From an uncultured Rhodoluna sp. (GTDB taxonomy: Bacteria > Actinomycetota > Actinomycetes > Actinomycetales > Microbacteriaceae), in the NCBI GenBank assembly GCA_964633625.1, contig CAZWHL010000003.1, positions 1-50,263 on the forward strand: 50,263 nt of DNA, given 5' to 3'. The notes beneath the pieces are model-generated. The model did not search any database. It was not told the DNA's origin and worked only from the letters and a program-made list of their open reading frames with translations. Below, one piece after another: positions 11,779-22,540 of this stretch. The position numbers and the translations under genes are program-made. The stretch's first letter is position 1; the number at the start of each line of letters is the position of its first letter.

Positions 11779-14700
11779 TTGGCCGCCACTACAGAAACGT
11801 GAACTTCAACCTGCTGGCCATCGCCAACAGCAACCGCGTTCTCTAGCGAACCAGAACTGATCGTTTCGAGTTCAACCGTTAGTGTCTCGTTCTTTACCAA
11901 TTCAGAGTGATCCGCAACAGCAGCCAAGACATTATCATCAGCCTTAAGTGTCAACTTAATGCGATCGCTCACATCAAAGTCGGCGTCCTTGCGAGCCGAC
12001 TGCACCGCGCGAATTACGTCTCGTGCCAATCCTTCTGCAGCAAGTTCCGCAGAAACCTTGCCGTCAAGAATCAAGAAACCGCCGGAAGGCAAAATACCAA
12101 TGTGTTCGGTTATTTCGGTATCGGCGCCAGCTGAGGTATCGGCAACCAAATCAATTTCGTATTCGCCCTCGATCAGCGCAATGCCACCAACCACAACGGT
12201 GCCATCTACTTCTGACCAGTCACCTGACTTAGCCGCCTTAATCACTGACTGAACATTCTTGCCAATTCTTGGACCAGCGGCACGTGAGTTCACGGTCAGT
12301 CGCTTGATCACACCAAATTCGGTTGTTGAATCAAGTGACATCTCGACAAGCTCTACGTGCTTCACATTCAACTCTTCGGCAATGATCTCGGCAAACTGCT
12401 TTAGAGCTGCAACGTTCTTGGTGACCACGGTCAGCTTGGCAAGTGGCAGGCGCACGCGAAGGCTGGCTGCCTTGCGCAAACTTGATGCCACCGATGACAC
12501 AGTGCGAACTTGATCCATGGCTTCAACCAGCGCTGCATCGTGCGGCAACTTGCTGGCGTCTGGCCATGATTCAAGGTGCACGCTTCGACCCCCGGTTAGG
12601 CCGCGCCAAATTTCTTCGGTAACCATTGGCAACAATGGCGCAGCAACGCGAGAAACAATTTCAAGCACTGTGTATAGGGTGTCGAATGCCTGGGCATCAC
12701 CCTCCCAGAAACGATCACGTGAGCGACGTACATACCAGTTGGTTAACACGTCAGCAAAATCACGCAAACTCGCTGCCGCTGAATATGAATCAAATTTATT
12801 TAGGTGACCTTCGACTTCATTAACTAAGTCGTGAGTCTTCGACAATAGGTAACGATCTAGTAAATCGGTGCTTGCGGTTGACCACTTGGCCTCGTAGTTT
12901 GACGCGTTGGCATAAAGAGAGAAGAAGTACCAAGTGTTCCAAAGAGGCAGTAGCACCTGACGCACACCTTCGCGAATTCCCTGCTCGGTGACGATCAAGT
13001 TACCACCACGAAGAATTGGACTAGACAACAAGAACCAACGCATTGCATCGGCACCATCGCGATCGAATACTTCGTTAACGTCTGGGTAGTTGCGCAAAGA
13101 CTTAGACATCTTTTGCCCGTCGTTACCCAGAATAATTCCGTGCGAGATTGCAGACTTGAATGCCGGGCGATCAAACAGCGCAGTAGAAAGAACGTGCAGT
13201 GTGTAGAACCAACCACGAGTCTGACCTACGTATTCAACGATGTAGTCACCTGGGTTGTGAGTGTCAAACCATTCGCGGTTTTCGAACGGATAATGTGCCT
13301 GTGCGAATGGCATTGAACCTGATTCAAACCAGCAGTCCAAAACTTCTGGCACGCGACGCATGGTTGACTTGCCAGTTGGGTCATCAGGGTTTGGTCTGGT
13401 TAGTTCATCAATCACCGGGCGGTGAAAGTCGCTTGGGCGCACTCCAAAGTCGCGCTCCAACTCTTCCATTGATCCGTAAACATCTATACGTGGGTAGTTA
13501 GGGTCATCTGATTTCCAAACTGGAATTGGTGCACCCCAGAAACGGTTTCGACTGATTGCCCAGTCGCGAACATTTTCTAGCCACTTTCCGAACGAACCGT
13601 CCTTGGTGTGATCAGGAGTCCAATCGATTTCTTGGTTTAGTTCCAACATGCGATCACGCAGCTTTGTGGTTTCTACGAACCAAGATGAAACCGCCTTGTA
13701 GATCAGCGGGTTCTTGCAGCGGTAACAGTGTGGGTAAGAGTGCTCGTAAGAAGCCTGGCGAAGTACCCGACCAGCTGACTTCAAGTGCTGCGAGATTGGC
13801 TTGTTGGCGTCAAATACGTGCTGACCAACAAAGTCAGTCACAATCGAATTAAATTCACCACGCTCATTCACAGAAACGTAAGTTGGAATGCCCGCATCAT
13901 TACAAACGCGTTGGTCATCTTCACCATAGGCAGGAGCCTGGTGAACAATTCCGGTACCGTCGCCATCGCCTACGTAATCGTCTACCAAAATCTGCCAGGC
14001 GTTATCGGTGTTGAACTTCTCGGCATCAACGTAGTAATCAAAAAGGCGCTCGTATTTAACTCCGGCGAGCGCAGAACCATTGATGGTTTCTAAAATTGCG
14101 GCAACGGCATCTTCGGCAGTCTCGTAGCCAAGATCCTTGGCGTAGCCACCTACCAGCGACTTAGAAAGAAGATATTTGGTTCCAGCCGCGCCACCATCGC
14201 CGGCACCGGCTGCGCCCGCAGGCACAATCGCGTATTCAATCTCTGGCCCTACGGCGAGCGCGAAGTTGGTTGGCAAAGTCCAAGGAGTTGTAGTCCAGGC
14301 AAGCAGACGAACGCCTTCTAGCTTCTGCCCCGCCGAAACAGGGAAGGTCACGGTAAGCGTTTGATCCTGACGGTTCTTGTAAACCTCATCGTCCATGCGA
14401 AGTTCGTGGTTTGACAGCGGTGTCTCACAACGCCAGCAGTACGCCAGTACCTTGAAGCCTTCGTAAACGAGACCCTTCTTGTACAGCTCACTAAAGGCCC
14501 ACAACACGCTCTCGGTGTAATTGGTATCCAGAGTCTTGTAGTCATTATCAAAATCAACCCAGCGTGCCTGGCGGGTGATGTACGAACGCCATTCTTCTGT
14601 GTACTTCATCACCGATGTGCGGCAGTAATCGTTGAATTTGCCGATGCCGTACTTCTCGATCTCTGGTCGACCAGAGATACCAAGCTGACGCTCAGCTTCT

Positions 14701-15020
14701 ACCTCGGCAGGTAGGCCGTGGGTGTCCCAGCCAAAACGACGTTCTACGCGGTACCCCTGCATGGTTTTGAAGCGCGGAACCATATCTTTGGCGTATCCGG
14801 TTAGTAGGTGACCGTAGTGAGGAAGACCATTGGCGAACGGCGGGCCGTCGTAAAAGACAAATTCCTCGGCATTTGCGTCTTTACGCTGGTCTATTGATGC
14901 CTGAAAAGTGCCGTCTTTGGCCCAAAAGTCCAGAATCTGCTGTTCAACCGCCGGAAAGCTAGGGCTAGGGTTGACACCCTCGCGCGCTGGCGCAGTTGCA
15001 TCTTGGTTCTTTGGGTACAT
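11775..15020 (-). CDS. ileS: Isoleucyl-tRNA synthetase, type 2 (IleRS2)
   Basis: [34 protein letters not shown]. Confidence 0.98.
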   Translation of the reverse strand: MYPKNQDATAPAREGVNPSPSFPAVEQQILDFWAKDGTFQASIDQRKDANAEEFVFYDGPPFANGLPHYGHLLTGYAKDMVPRFKTMQGYRVERRFGWDTHGLPAEVEAERQLGISGRPEIEKYGIGKFNDYCRTSVMKYTEEWRSYITRQARWVDFDNDYKTLDTNYTESVLWAFSELYKKGLVYEGFKVLAYCWRCETPLSNHELRMDDEVYKNRQDQTLTVTFPVSAGQKLEGVRLLAWTTTPWTLPTNFALAVGPEIEYAIVPAGAAGAGDGGAAGTKYLLSKSLVGGYAKDLGYETAEDAVAAILETINGSALAGVKYERLFDYYVDAEKFNTDNAWQILVDDYVGDGDGTGIVHQAPAYGEDDQRVCNDAGIPTYVSVNERGEFNSIVTDFVGQHVFDANKPISQHLKSAGRVLRQASYEHSYPHCYRCKNPLIYKAVSSWFVETTKLRDRMLELNQEIDWTPDHTKDGSFGKWLENVRDWAISRNRFWGAPIPVWKSDDPNYPRIDVYGSMEELERDFGVRPSDFHRPVIDELTRPNPDDPTGKSTMRRVPEVLDCWFESGSMPFAQAHYPFENREWFDTHNPGDYIVEYVGQTRGWFYTLHVLSTALFDRPAFKSAISHGIILGNDGQKMSKSLRNYPDVNEVFDRDGADAMRWFLLSSPILRGGNLIVTEQGIREGVRQVLLPLWNTWYFFSLYANASNYEAKWSTASTDLLDRYLLSKTHDLVNEVEGHLNKFDSYSAAASLRDFADVLTNWYVRRSRDRFWEGDAQAFDTLYTVLEIVSRVAAPLLPMVTEEIWRGLTGGRSVHLESWPDASKLPHDAALVEAMDQVRTVSSVASSLRKAASLRVRLPLAKLTVVTKNVAALKQFAEIIAEELNVKHVELVEMSLDSTTEFGVIKRLTVNSRAAGPRIGKNVQSVIKAAKSGDWSEVDGTVVVGGIALIEGEYEIDLVADTSAGADTEITEHIGILPSGGFLILDGKVSAELAAEGLARDVIRAVQSARKDADFDVSDRIKLTLKADDNVLAAVADHSELVKNETLTVELETISSGSLENAVAVGDGQQVEVHVSVVAAK

Positions 15021-15104
15021 GCACGGCTTTCTAGGCAGTCAGGCAAAAGGGTTTCCGTATCTAATGTTAACCTGTTACAAACCCCTTTCTTGGAGACTTT
15101 CAGC

Positions 15105-17732
15105 GTGAATACTGCCCAAACCAGCTTCTCAAGCCACATCTTGGCTCCTGCCAATGCACCAGAGAAGGTGTCGGTCGAGGGTCTTGAAGAAAAGTGGGGC
15201 TTGGTCTGGGAGAACGATGGCGTTTACCGCTTCCGCCGCGAGGCAAACCGCGAGAACATCTACTCAATCGACACTCCGCCACCAACCGCGTCGGGTTCAC
15301 TTCACGTAGGTCACGTCTTTAGCTATACCCACACCGATGTTGTTGCGCGTTATAAGCGCATGCGCGGATACGAGGTTTACTACCCGATGGGTTGGGATGA
15401 CAACGGTCTTCCTACCGAGCGCCGTGTGCAGAATTACTACGGAGTTCGTTGCGATCCAACTCTTCCTTACGTTGAGGGTTTCAAGCCTCCGTTTGAAGGT
15501 GGCGACAACAAGTCTTCGAAGGCAGCCGACCAGGTGCCGATTTCGCGCCGTAACTTTATTGAACTTTGCGACAAGCTAACCGTTGAAGATGAAAAGCAGT
15601 TCGAGAATCTTTGGCGCAAGCTTGGGCTATCGGTGGACTGGACTCAGACCTACCAAACGATCTCTCCGGCCGCAATTGCGGTTTCGCAAAAAGCATTCTT
15701 GAACAACTTGTCCCGCGGTGAGGCTTATCAGTCAATGGCGCCAACCCTTTGGGACGTAACCTTCCGCACCGCGGTTGCTCAGGCGGAACTTGAAGATCGC
15801 GAACAGCCTGGCGCATATCACAAGGTTGGTTTCGACGGCCCGGATGGCAAGGTGTTCATCGAGACCACTCGCCCAGAACTTTTGCCTGCCTGTGTTGCAT
15901 TGGTAGCCAACCCAGATGACGATCGCTACAAGCACCTTTTCGGAAAGACTGTCAAGACTCCACTGTTTGAAGTTGAGGTTCCGGTTGTTGCACACCGCTT
16001 GGCACAGATCGACAAGGGTTCCGGCATAGCGATGATTTGTACCTTTGGTGACGTGACCGACATCATTTGGTGGCGCGAACTCGATCTTCCTAACCGCGCG
16101 ATCATCGGCTGGGACGGCCGCATAGTTGACGAAATGCCAGACGCAATCGTTTCTGCACGGGGAAAAGAAATCTATGCCGAACTCGTTGGCAAAACTATTT
16201 TCTCTGCCAAGCAGCGCATCGTTGAACTACTTCAAGAATCCGGTGACATGATTGGCGATCCAAAGCCAATCACTCACGATGTGAAGTTCTTCGAAAAAGG
16301 TGACAAGCCACTTGAAATTGTTTCTACTCGTCAGTGGTACATCCGCAATGGTGGTCGCGATGCAGAACTTCGCGATCGTTTGATTGCACTTGGCAAGGAC
16401 TTGAACTTCGTTCCAGACTTCATGCGCGTGCGTTTTGAAAACTGGGTTAATGGTCTAACCGGTGACTGGTTGATTTCACGCCAGCGATTCTTTGGCGTGC
16501 CAATTCCGGTCTGGTACTCACTAGATGCCAACGGTGAAGCAAACTACGACGCTCCACTTATTCCGGCAATCGAAACACTTCCGATTGATCCATCTTCTGA
16601 TGTTCCGGCAGGATACACAGAGTCTCAGCGCGGAGTCGCCGGTGGATTCATCGGTGAGATGGACATCATGGACACCTGGGCTACTTCATCACTAACGCCG
16701 CAGCTTGCCGGTGGTTGGATTGAAGACCCAGAAAAGTTTGCCAAGGTGTTCCCGTACGATCTTCGTCCGCAGGGTCAAGACATTATTCGCACCTGGCTTT
16801 TCTCTTCACTACTTCGCGGTGAACAGGAACACGGTCAACTGCCTTGGAAGAACGCTGCAATCTCTGGCTGGATTCTTGATCCAGACCGCAAAAAGATGTC
16901 TAAGTCAAAAGGCAATGTGGTTGTTCCTGCTGAACCAATTGATAACCACGGTGCCGATGCCGTTCGCTATTGGGCTGCATCTGCTCGTTTGGGCACCGAT
17001 GCCGCTTTTGACGAAGGCCAGATGAAGGTTGGTCGCCGTCTTGCAATCAAGCTTTTGAATGCTGCAAAGTTTGCACTGTCATTTGAAGTTCCTGCCGGCG
17101 CCACTGCGGTTACCGAGCCACTGGACCAGGCCATGTTATTGGCGCTGGCTGATGTGGTTCGCGAAGCAACTCTTGCATTTGATTCTTACGATCACACCAA
17201 AGCTCTAGAGCTAAGTGAGAAGTTCTTTTGGACTTTCACCGACGACTATCTAGAACTTGTTAAAGAACGCGCCTACAACGCAGAGGGAACTGTTTCTGCA
17301 GTGCAACAGGCATCGGCAGCAATTGCACTTCGCAAGGCTCTACACGTGATGCTTCGTTTGTTTGCACCGTTCTTGCCATTTGCTACTGAGGAAATTTGGG
17401 GTTGGTGGCAGAAGGATTCCGGTTCAATTCACCGCGCTGCTTGGCCAGTTACCGAAGAACTAACTGAAGGCATTGATGCCGGCAACGTTGGTTTGTTGGA
17501 GCTTGCATCGATTGCAGTTGGTGGTGTTCGCAAGGCAAAGTCAGACGCTAAGGCATCCATGAAGGCTGCGGTTGATTCGGCAATCATTGAGGCACCGGCT
17601 GCGGTACTTACCAGTTTGCGATTGCTAGAAGCAGATTTGAAATCTGTTGGCAAAATTCAGAGCCTGGCTTACGCCGAAGGTGAAGAAGTTGCCATGACTC
17701 AGATTATTTTGGCTGAAGTGAGCGAAGCTTAA
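15105..17732 (+). CDS. valS: Valyl-tRNA synthetase (archaeal-like/type 2)
   Basis: DTPPPTASGSLHVGH, GWDDNGLPTE, MDTWATSS, KMSKS; start reassigned to GTG 15105 with GGAG at 15092. Confidence 0.96.
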   Translation: MNTAQTSFSSHILAPANAPEKVSVEGLEEKWGLVWENDGVYRFRREANRENIYSIDTPPPTASGSLHVGHVFSYTHTDVVARYKRMRGYEVYYPMGWDDNGLPTERRVQNYYGVRCDPTLPYVEGFKPPFEGGDNKSSKAADQVPISRRNFIELCDKLTVEDEKQFENLWRKLGLSVDWTQTYQTISPAAIAVSQKAFLNNLSRGEAYQSMAPTLWDVTFRTAVAQAELEDREQPGAYHKVGFDGPDGKVFIETTRPELLPACVALVANPDDDRYKHLFGKTVKTPLFEVEVPVVAHRLAQIDKGSGIAMICTFGDVTDIIWWRELDLPNRAIIGWDGRIVDEMPDAIVSARGKEIYAELVGKTIFSAKQRIVELLQESGDMIGDPKPITHDVKFFEKGDKPLEIVSTRQWYIRNGGRDAELRDRLIALGKDLNFVPDFMRVRFENWVNGLTGDWLISRQRFFGVPIPVWYSLDANGEANYDAPLIPAIETLPIDPSSDVPAGYTESQRGVAGGFIGEMDIMDTWATSSLTPQLAGGWIEDPEKFAKVFPYDLRPQGQDIIRTWLFSSLLRGEQEHGQLPWKNAAISGWILDPDRKKMSKSKGNVVVPAEPIDNHGADAVRYWAASARLGTDAAFDEGQMKVGRRLAIKLLNAAKFALSFEVPAGATAVTEPLDQAMLLALADVVREATLAFDSYDHTKALELSEKFFWTFTDDYLELVKERAYNAEGTVSAVQQASAAIALRKALHVMLRLFAPFLPFATEEIWGWWQKDSGSIHRAAWPVTEELTEGIDAGNVGLLELASIAVGGVRKAKSDAKASMKAAVDSAIIEAPAAVLTSLRLLEADLKSVGKIQSLAYAEGEEVAMTQIILAEVSEA

Positions 17733-18901
17733 GAACGCTTTAGGTTTAACCAAGCCCAAACCAACAAACCGGCAATCAACGCCCAGAATGCCGAGCCAAT
17801 TGAGAACGCAGACATTCCTGATGCGGTTACCAAGAAAGTGACCATGGCCGGAAGTCGCAGTTCAACGATCTCTACCGCAGCGCTCAACGCATTGATGATT
17901 GTTCCAAGCAATGCAATACCGGCTGCAGCCAAAACAAGTTCGTGTGGCGCTTGAAGCACGAACGCAACGGTTACTCCGGCAAGCAGAGCAATGATCAGGT
18001 AAACATATCCGCCGTACACCGATGCCAACCAGCGACGCTTTGGGTCTTTGTGAGCGTGGTCGTTTGCATTCAGTGCAGCCGTAATCGCTGCCAAGTTCAT
18101 TGAGAAGCCACCAAAGAAGCCAGCGATGATTGCAGCAATTCCGGTGCTAGCCATTACCGGCTTGAACGGCACTTCATAACCAAAACTCTTCATGATGGCG
18201 ATGCCCGGAATATTTTGGCTTGCCATCGTCACTAAATAAAGCGGAATGCTGATGCCGATGATTGAAGCCAAGTCAAAGGTTGGCATTACAAACTCAATGG
18301 TCGGCAGAATAGATGCCGGATCAACGCTTATGCCCTGAGCAACTGCGGTTGACGCAAATATAATTACCATCGCCGCCGGAGTTGCCCAGATGGTGGCGTA
18401 CTTGTAGAGCACCAACCAAACAATCAAACCCGGCAGTACCAGCCAAGGAAAATCTCCGGCTGATTTAAATGGCGCGATACAGAAATTGAAAATCACACCG
18501 GCCAACATTGCCGAGGCAATTGGTTTAGGAATCGACGAAACCAGTCTGCCCAGTGCCGGCCACAGTCCGGTTAGTAAAAGCAAGATTCCGGTAATGATGA
18601 ATGCGCCAACCGTACTGCTGAATGGCAGTCCTAACGTTCCGGATGAAATCAATAGCGCGGCACCAGGAGTGCTCCACACAATGCTGATTGGCATCTTGTA
18701 TCTCATGCTCAACAAGATTGAAAGCAGACCATAGAAGGTCAACAGAACAACGATTGCTGATGTAGTTTGTGCCTTTGTTGCGCCCAGTGAAGTTAGTGCA
18801 GCAAGAACCAGACCAGCACTAGCGGCGGTTCCGGTAATTGACGCAACGGTTCCGGCGAGTAGCGGAGCACGGTGATCAGCAAAGCTGCCGATTTTAGACA
18901 T
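17729..18901 (-). CDS. BenE-family (benzoate/H+ symporter-like) transporter
   Basis: WSTPGAALL, MASQNIPG, NLAAITAAL, IGSAFW; multiple TM segments. Confidence 0.9.
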   Translation of the reverse strand: MSKIGSFADHRAPLLAGTVASITGTAASAGLVLAALTSLGATKAQTTSAIVVLLTFYGLLSILLSMRYKMPISIVWSTPGAALLISSGTLGLPFSSTVGAFIITGILLLLTGLWPALGRLVSSIPKPIASAMLAGVIFNFCIAPFKSAGDFPWLVLPGLIVWLVLYKYATIWATPAAMVIIFASTAVAQGISVDPASILPTIEFVMPTFDLASIIGISIPLYLVTMASQNIPGIAIMKSFGYEVPFKPVMASTGIAAIIAGFFGGFSMNLAAITAALNANDHAHKDPKRRWLASVYGGYVYLIIALLAGVTVAFVLQAPHELVLAAAGIALLGTIINALSAAVEIVELRLPAMVTFLVTASGMSAFSIGSAFWALIAGLLVWAWLNLKRS

Positions 18902-18906
18902 TTAGA

Positions 18907-20181
18907 CTAGGCAGACTTTTCTTGACGAACGTTTTTGAACGGAACGGTCTGTGGCTCTACGCCATCAAGCACAACAGCCTTGGTTATCTTCACAATTCCC
19001 TGTACTTCGCTGCCAGGAATGTCGAACATTACTGGGCCAAGAATTTCTTCCATGATTGCGCGAAGACCACGAGCGCCGGTTTCGCGTTCTATTGCCTTAT
19101 CGGCAATCGCCTCAAGTGCGGCCTTTTCGAATTCAAGTTCAAAACCATCAAGCTCAAACATGCGCTGATACTGCTTAACCAGTGCGTTCTTTGGCTCGGT
19201 AAGAATTTGCATCAATGCTGGGCGATCCAGCGGTGTCACGGTTGCGATAACAGGAAGGCGACCAATGAACTCTGGAATCAAACCAAACTTGCGAAGGTCT
19301 TCCGGCTGAACCTCGGTGAAGATTTCGATGTCATCGTTCTTGCCAGAAATCGGAGCACCAAAACCAATACCCTTCTTTCCCGCACGCTGAGAAATGATTT
19401 CCTCAAGTCCGGCGAACGCACCTGCAACGATAAACAACACATTGGTAGTGTCTAGCTGAATGAATTCCTGCTGCGGGTGCTTGCGGCCACCCTGCGGTGG
19501 GACTGAAGCCACTGTACCTTCAAGAATCTTTAGCAGGGCCTGCTGCACTCCCTCGCCAGATACATCGCGAGTGATTGAAGGGTTCTCAGCTTTGCGTGAG
19601 ATCTTGTCAATCTCGTCGATGTAAATAATTCCAGTCTCGGCACGCTTCACATCAAAGTCGGCGGCTTGAAGCAACTTCAACAAAATGTTTTCAACATCTT
19701 CACCAACATAACCAGCCTCGGTCAGCGCGGTGGCATCGGCTACGGCAAAAGGAACGTTAAGGCGCTTGGCCAAAGTCTGGGCCAGGTAGGTTTTACCGCA
19801 ACCGGTTGGTCCTATCATCAAAATGTTTGACTTAGCGATTTCGATTGAATCGTGATCCTTGCCAGCGGCAGTCAAGGTTCCGCGTGAACGCAAACGCTTG
19901 TAGTGGTTGTAAACCGCAACCGATAGTGCCTTCTTTGCCTGGTCCTGACCAATTACGTATTCATCAAGGAAGCCCTTGATTTCACGAGGCTTTGGAAGGT
20001 CAATGTCTTCTACGGTCTTGGCTACTTCGCCAAGCTCTTCCTCGATGATCTCGTTACAAAGCTCGATGCACTCGTCACAGATGTAAACACCCGGCCCGGC
20101 AATAAGTTTGCGAACCTGCTTCTGGCTCTTTCCGCAGAAAGAACACTTAAGTAGGTCACCCGATTCGCCAAGCTTAGTCAT
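18907..20181 (-). CDS. clpX: ATP-dependent Clp protease ATPase ClpX
   Basis: CSFCGK Zn finger, [32 protein letters not shown] loop. Confidence 0.99.
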   Translation of the reverse strand: MTKLGESGDLLKCSFCGKSQKQVRKLIAGPGVYICDECIELCNEIIEEELGEVAKTVEDIDLPKPREIKGFLDEYVIGQDQAKKALSVAVYNHYKRLRSRGTLTAAGKDHDSIEIAKSNILMIGPTGCGKTYLAQTLAKRLNVPFAVADATALTEAGYVGEDVENILLKLLQAADFDVKRAETGIIYIDEIDKISRKAENPSITRDVSGEGVQQALLKILEGTVASVPPQGGRKHPQQEFIQLDTTNVLFIVAGAFAGLEEIISQRAGKKGIGFGAPISGKNDDIEIFTEVQPEDLRKFGLIPEFIGRLPVIATVTPLDRPALMQILTEPKNALVKQYQRMFELDGFELEFEKAALEAIADKAIERETGARGLRAIMEEILGPVMFDIPGSEVQGIVKITKAVVLDGVEPQTVPFKNVRQEKSA

Positions 20182-20205
20182 GTAAAAACCTTATGCTCTG
20201 AATAC

Positions 20206-20239
20206 AAAAAAGCGGATGAGCCTCGCCCATCCGCTTTTT
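20206..20239. terminator. Terminator-like hairpin between clpP2 and clpX
   Basis: AAAAAAGCGGATG...CATCCGCTTTTT with T-tracts on both strands. Confidence 0.7.
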
Positions 20240-20261
20240 CAAGCCGTTTTGCCCCTATTTA

Positions 20262-20894
20262 CTAAGCATTCTTTCGAGAGGTCAAAACCTGGTCGATTAG
20301 ACCGTATTCCAGAGCCTCTGGCGCGGTCAGGATCTTGTCGCGATCGATGTCCTTGTTGACCTCTGCCACGCTGCGCTTGGTGTGCTTTGAAAGGGTTGAC
20401 TCTAACCACTCGCGCAAACGCATGATCTCTTTAGCCTGAATCTCAATGTCTGATGCCTGGCCGCGACCAGAATCACCTGATGAAGGCTGGTGAATCAGTA
20501 CGCGAGCATTTGGCAGAGCCAAGCGCTTGCCCGGAGCACCAGCAGCCAAAAGCACTGCGGCGGCAGATGCTGCCTGGCCCAAACAAACGGTCTGAATTTG
20601 CGGGCGAATGTACTGCATGGTGTCGTAGATCGCGGTCATCGCGGTGAATGATCCGCCCGGTGAGTTGATGTACATGGTGATGTCGCGGTCTGGATCCTGC
20701 GACTCAAGCACCAAAAGCTGGGCCATGATGTCGTCGGCAGATGCATCGTCTACCTGCACGCCAAGGAACACGATGCGGTCTTCGAAAAGCTTGTTGTATG
20801 GATCTTGACGCTTGAAACCGTATGAGGTGCGCTCTTCAAAAGTTGGAAGAATGTATCGGGCTTCAGGGCTTTGGAAAACGTTTGAATTAGTCAT
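20262..20894 (-). CDS. clpP2: Clp protease proteolytic subunit 2
   Basis: [20 protein letters not shown]. Confidence 0.95.
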   Translation of the reverse strand: MTNSNVFQSPEARYILPTFEERTSYGFKRQDPYNKLFEDRIVFLGVQVDDASADDIMAQLLVLESQDPDRDITMYINSPGGSFTAMTAIYDTMQYIRPQIQTVCLGQAASAAAVLLAAGAPGKRLALPNARVLIHQPSSGDSGRGQASDIEIQAKEIMRLREWLESTLSKHTKRSVAEVNKDIDRDKILTAPEALEYGLIDQVLTSRKNA

Positions 20895-20905
20895 GCTGGT
20901 CTCCC

Positions 20906-21487
20906 CTAGTTGCTTCCAACGCCGGTGGCGCTTGCCGCGTACTTCTGAATGTGATCAATAAATCCGTACTCAAGCGCTTCTTCGGCGCTAAACCAGCGGT
21001 CACGGTCACCGTCAGCCATGATCTGTTCAAGAGTCTTACCGGTTTGTTCCGCAGTAATCGAAGCCAGCTGACGCTTCATCGACATGATTAGCTCTGCCTG
21101 AGTCTGAATGTCTGACGCGGTTCCACCAAAACCACCGTGTGGCTGGTGCAGTAGCACGCGAGTGTTTGGGGTAGCGTAGCGCTTGCCCTTGGTACCCGAT
21201 GACAGCAAGAACTGCCCCATCGAAGCGCACATACCAATGCCAACAGTCACGATGTCGTTAGGCACGTACTGCATGGTGTCGTAAATTGCCATGCCCGCGG
21301 TTATAGAACCACCAGGCGAGTTGATGTAAAGGTAAATGTCTTTTTGTGAGTCTTCAGCAGCCAAAAGTAAAATCTTTGCGCAGATTTCGTTTGCCATGTC
21401 GTCTCTGACTTCGGTGCCAAGCCAGATTATTCGATCCTTTAAAAGGCGGTCGAATGTGCTGCTTTGTCCCTTTGGTTGGTCAGCCAT
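20906..21487 (-). CDS. clpP1: Clp protease proteolytic subunit 1
   Basis: [28 protein letters not shown]. Confidence 0.95.
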   Translation of the reverse strand: MADQPKGQSSTFDRLLKDRIIWLGTEVRDDMANEICAKILLLAAEDSQKDIYLYINSPGGSITAGMAIYDTMQYVPNDIVTVGIGMCASMGQFLLSSGTKGKRYATPNTRVLLHQPHGGFGGTASDIQTQAELIMSMKRQLASITAEQTGKTLEQIMADGDRDRWFSAEEALEYGFIDHIQKYAASATGVGSN

Positions 21488-21520
21488 TGAAGTACTCCTA
21501 GTTCTTGAGGTTGCCTGTCA

Positions 21521-21570
21521 AAGATAACCTCAAAAACTGCTTAAACCTTGGCGTGTTCGCCCGTGGCTAA
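21521..21570 (-). promoter_or_regulatory. clpP1 promoter with probable ClgR operator
   Basis: GTTCGC-CCGTG-GCT at 21555-21568, one mismatch to the ClgR motif GTTCGC-N5-GCG; -10 TATCTT on the minus strand at 21521-21526. Confidence 0.6.
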
Positions 21571-21590
21571 AGCGAAAACCCCGATACTGT

Positions 21591-22454
21591 CTAGCCAACC
21601 TGCTGCACGGTAACAATTAGCCCTGGGATCGCTGGAATACCGTTGACCGCATCAACAGATTCAATGGTCATTGTTGGATCCGTCGAGGCCCAGAACAATT
21701 GAACTGATTGCCCAGCGGCCACGTTAACCATGAAGTTCCAGGCTGCCACAAAAGCACCATTTTTAGCGCTACGGTTAGCGACGATATCAACGACTGTGTC
21801 GCTCCATGGAACATTCACCCCAGCAATTTTCAACCAGATGTCAGCATCCTGATTCCCAGTAGTTGTTTTGAACATTTGCGCCGAGAACTGAATGTTGTAG
21901 ACGCCAGTGGTGGTGAAATTTATCTTGGTTGAGTCGATTGGATCAATCGATACACCATTGGCTGCAATGGTTTGATTCAAGGTCATGCCTTTACCGGCTG
22001 CCGAAGAAACTTGATCGGTGGTGTCGTAAAACGAACCGTATTTAGGAATGAAGCCTGCGGCACCGGCAGGGCCGGTTGCTCCGATTGGCCCTGCCGGACC
22101 GGCAGGGCCAGTGGCACCGGTTGAACCGCTGCCAGATGAGCCGGTTGGGCCAACCAAAGTCTTTAGCCACTCGGCTACCGTGCCGGTGTAGCCATTTTGC
22201 TGGGCAAGCTCAAAGTTTGAATAACCTCGTGCACCCTGCAATCCCGTTCCATTAATCAGCACGCGCTTTTCGCCAGTCTTACATGTTGAGCGCAAATAAA
22301 CCTGACCACTCGAACTCTTGAAACATGCGTAGGTTCCGGCACTGGCGGCGTTTGATTGTGCCAAACCCGGAATTACGACGAACCAGGTGGTCAAAGAGAC
22401 TATTGCGGCAATTAGTGCAGCCAATGAACCGTTAATTACGTGGTGCTTTTTCAT
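21591..22454 (-). CDS. Secreted/anchored collagen-like protein with a phage-fibre-like C-terminal beta domain
   Basis: N-terminal signal/TM, GXX repeats (GATGPAGPAGPIGATGPAGAAG), YGSFYDTT...GVYNIQFSAQ...AAWNF. Confidence 0.8.
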   Translation of the reverse strand: MKKHHVINGSLAALIAAIVSLTTWFVVIPGLAQSNAASAGTYACFKSSSGQVYLRSTCKTGEKRVLINGTGLQGARGYSNFELAQQNGYTGTVAEWLKTLVGPTGSSGSGSTGATGPAGPAGPIGATGPAGAAGFIPKYGSFYDTTDQVSSAAGKGMTLNQTIAANGVSIDPIDSTKINFTTTGVYNIQFSAQMFKTTTGNQDADIWLKIAGVNVPWSDTVVDIVANRSAKNGAFVAAWNFMVNVAAGQSVQLFWASTDPTMTIESVDAVNGIPAIPGLIVTVQQVG

Positions 22455-22500
22455 AATTCCCCCAATTAGCGATTCGATATTTTCAATCTACTCCGATAAT

Positions 22501-22530
22501 AAAAATCCCGCCTCGATGGGCGGGATTCTT
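22501..22530 (-). terminator. Intrinsic terminator after tig
   Basis: AATCCCGCC...GGCGGGATT stem followed by a T-tract on the minus strand. Confidence 0.75.
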
Positions 22531-22540
22531 AAAATTATGA

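Noticed and set aside
11775-15020. IleRS2 as an acquired mupirocin-resistance gene
   Set aside because: IleRS2 is the normal housekeeping form in Actinobacteria and sits in core context beside folC
15003-15104. N-terminal extension of ValS overlapping ileS
   Set aside because: Would overlap the divergent ileS start; GTG 15105 has an RBS
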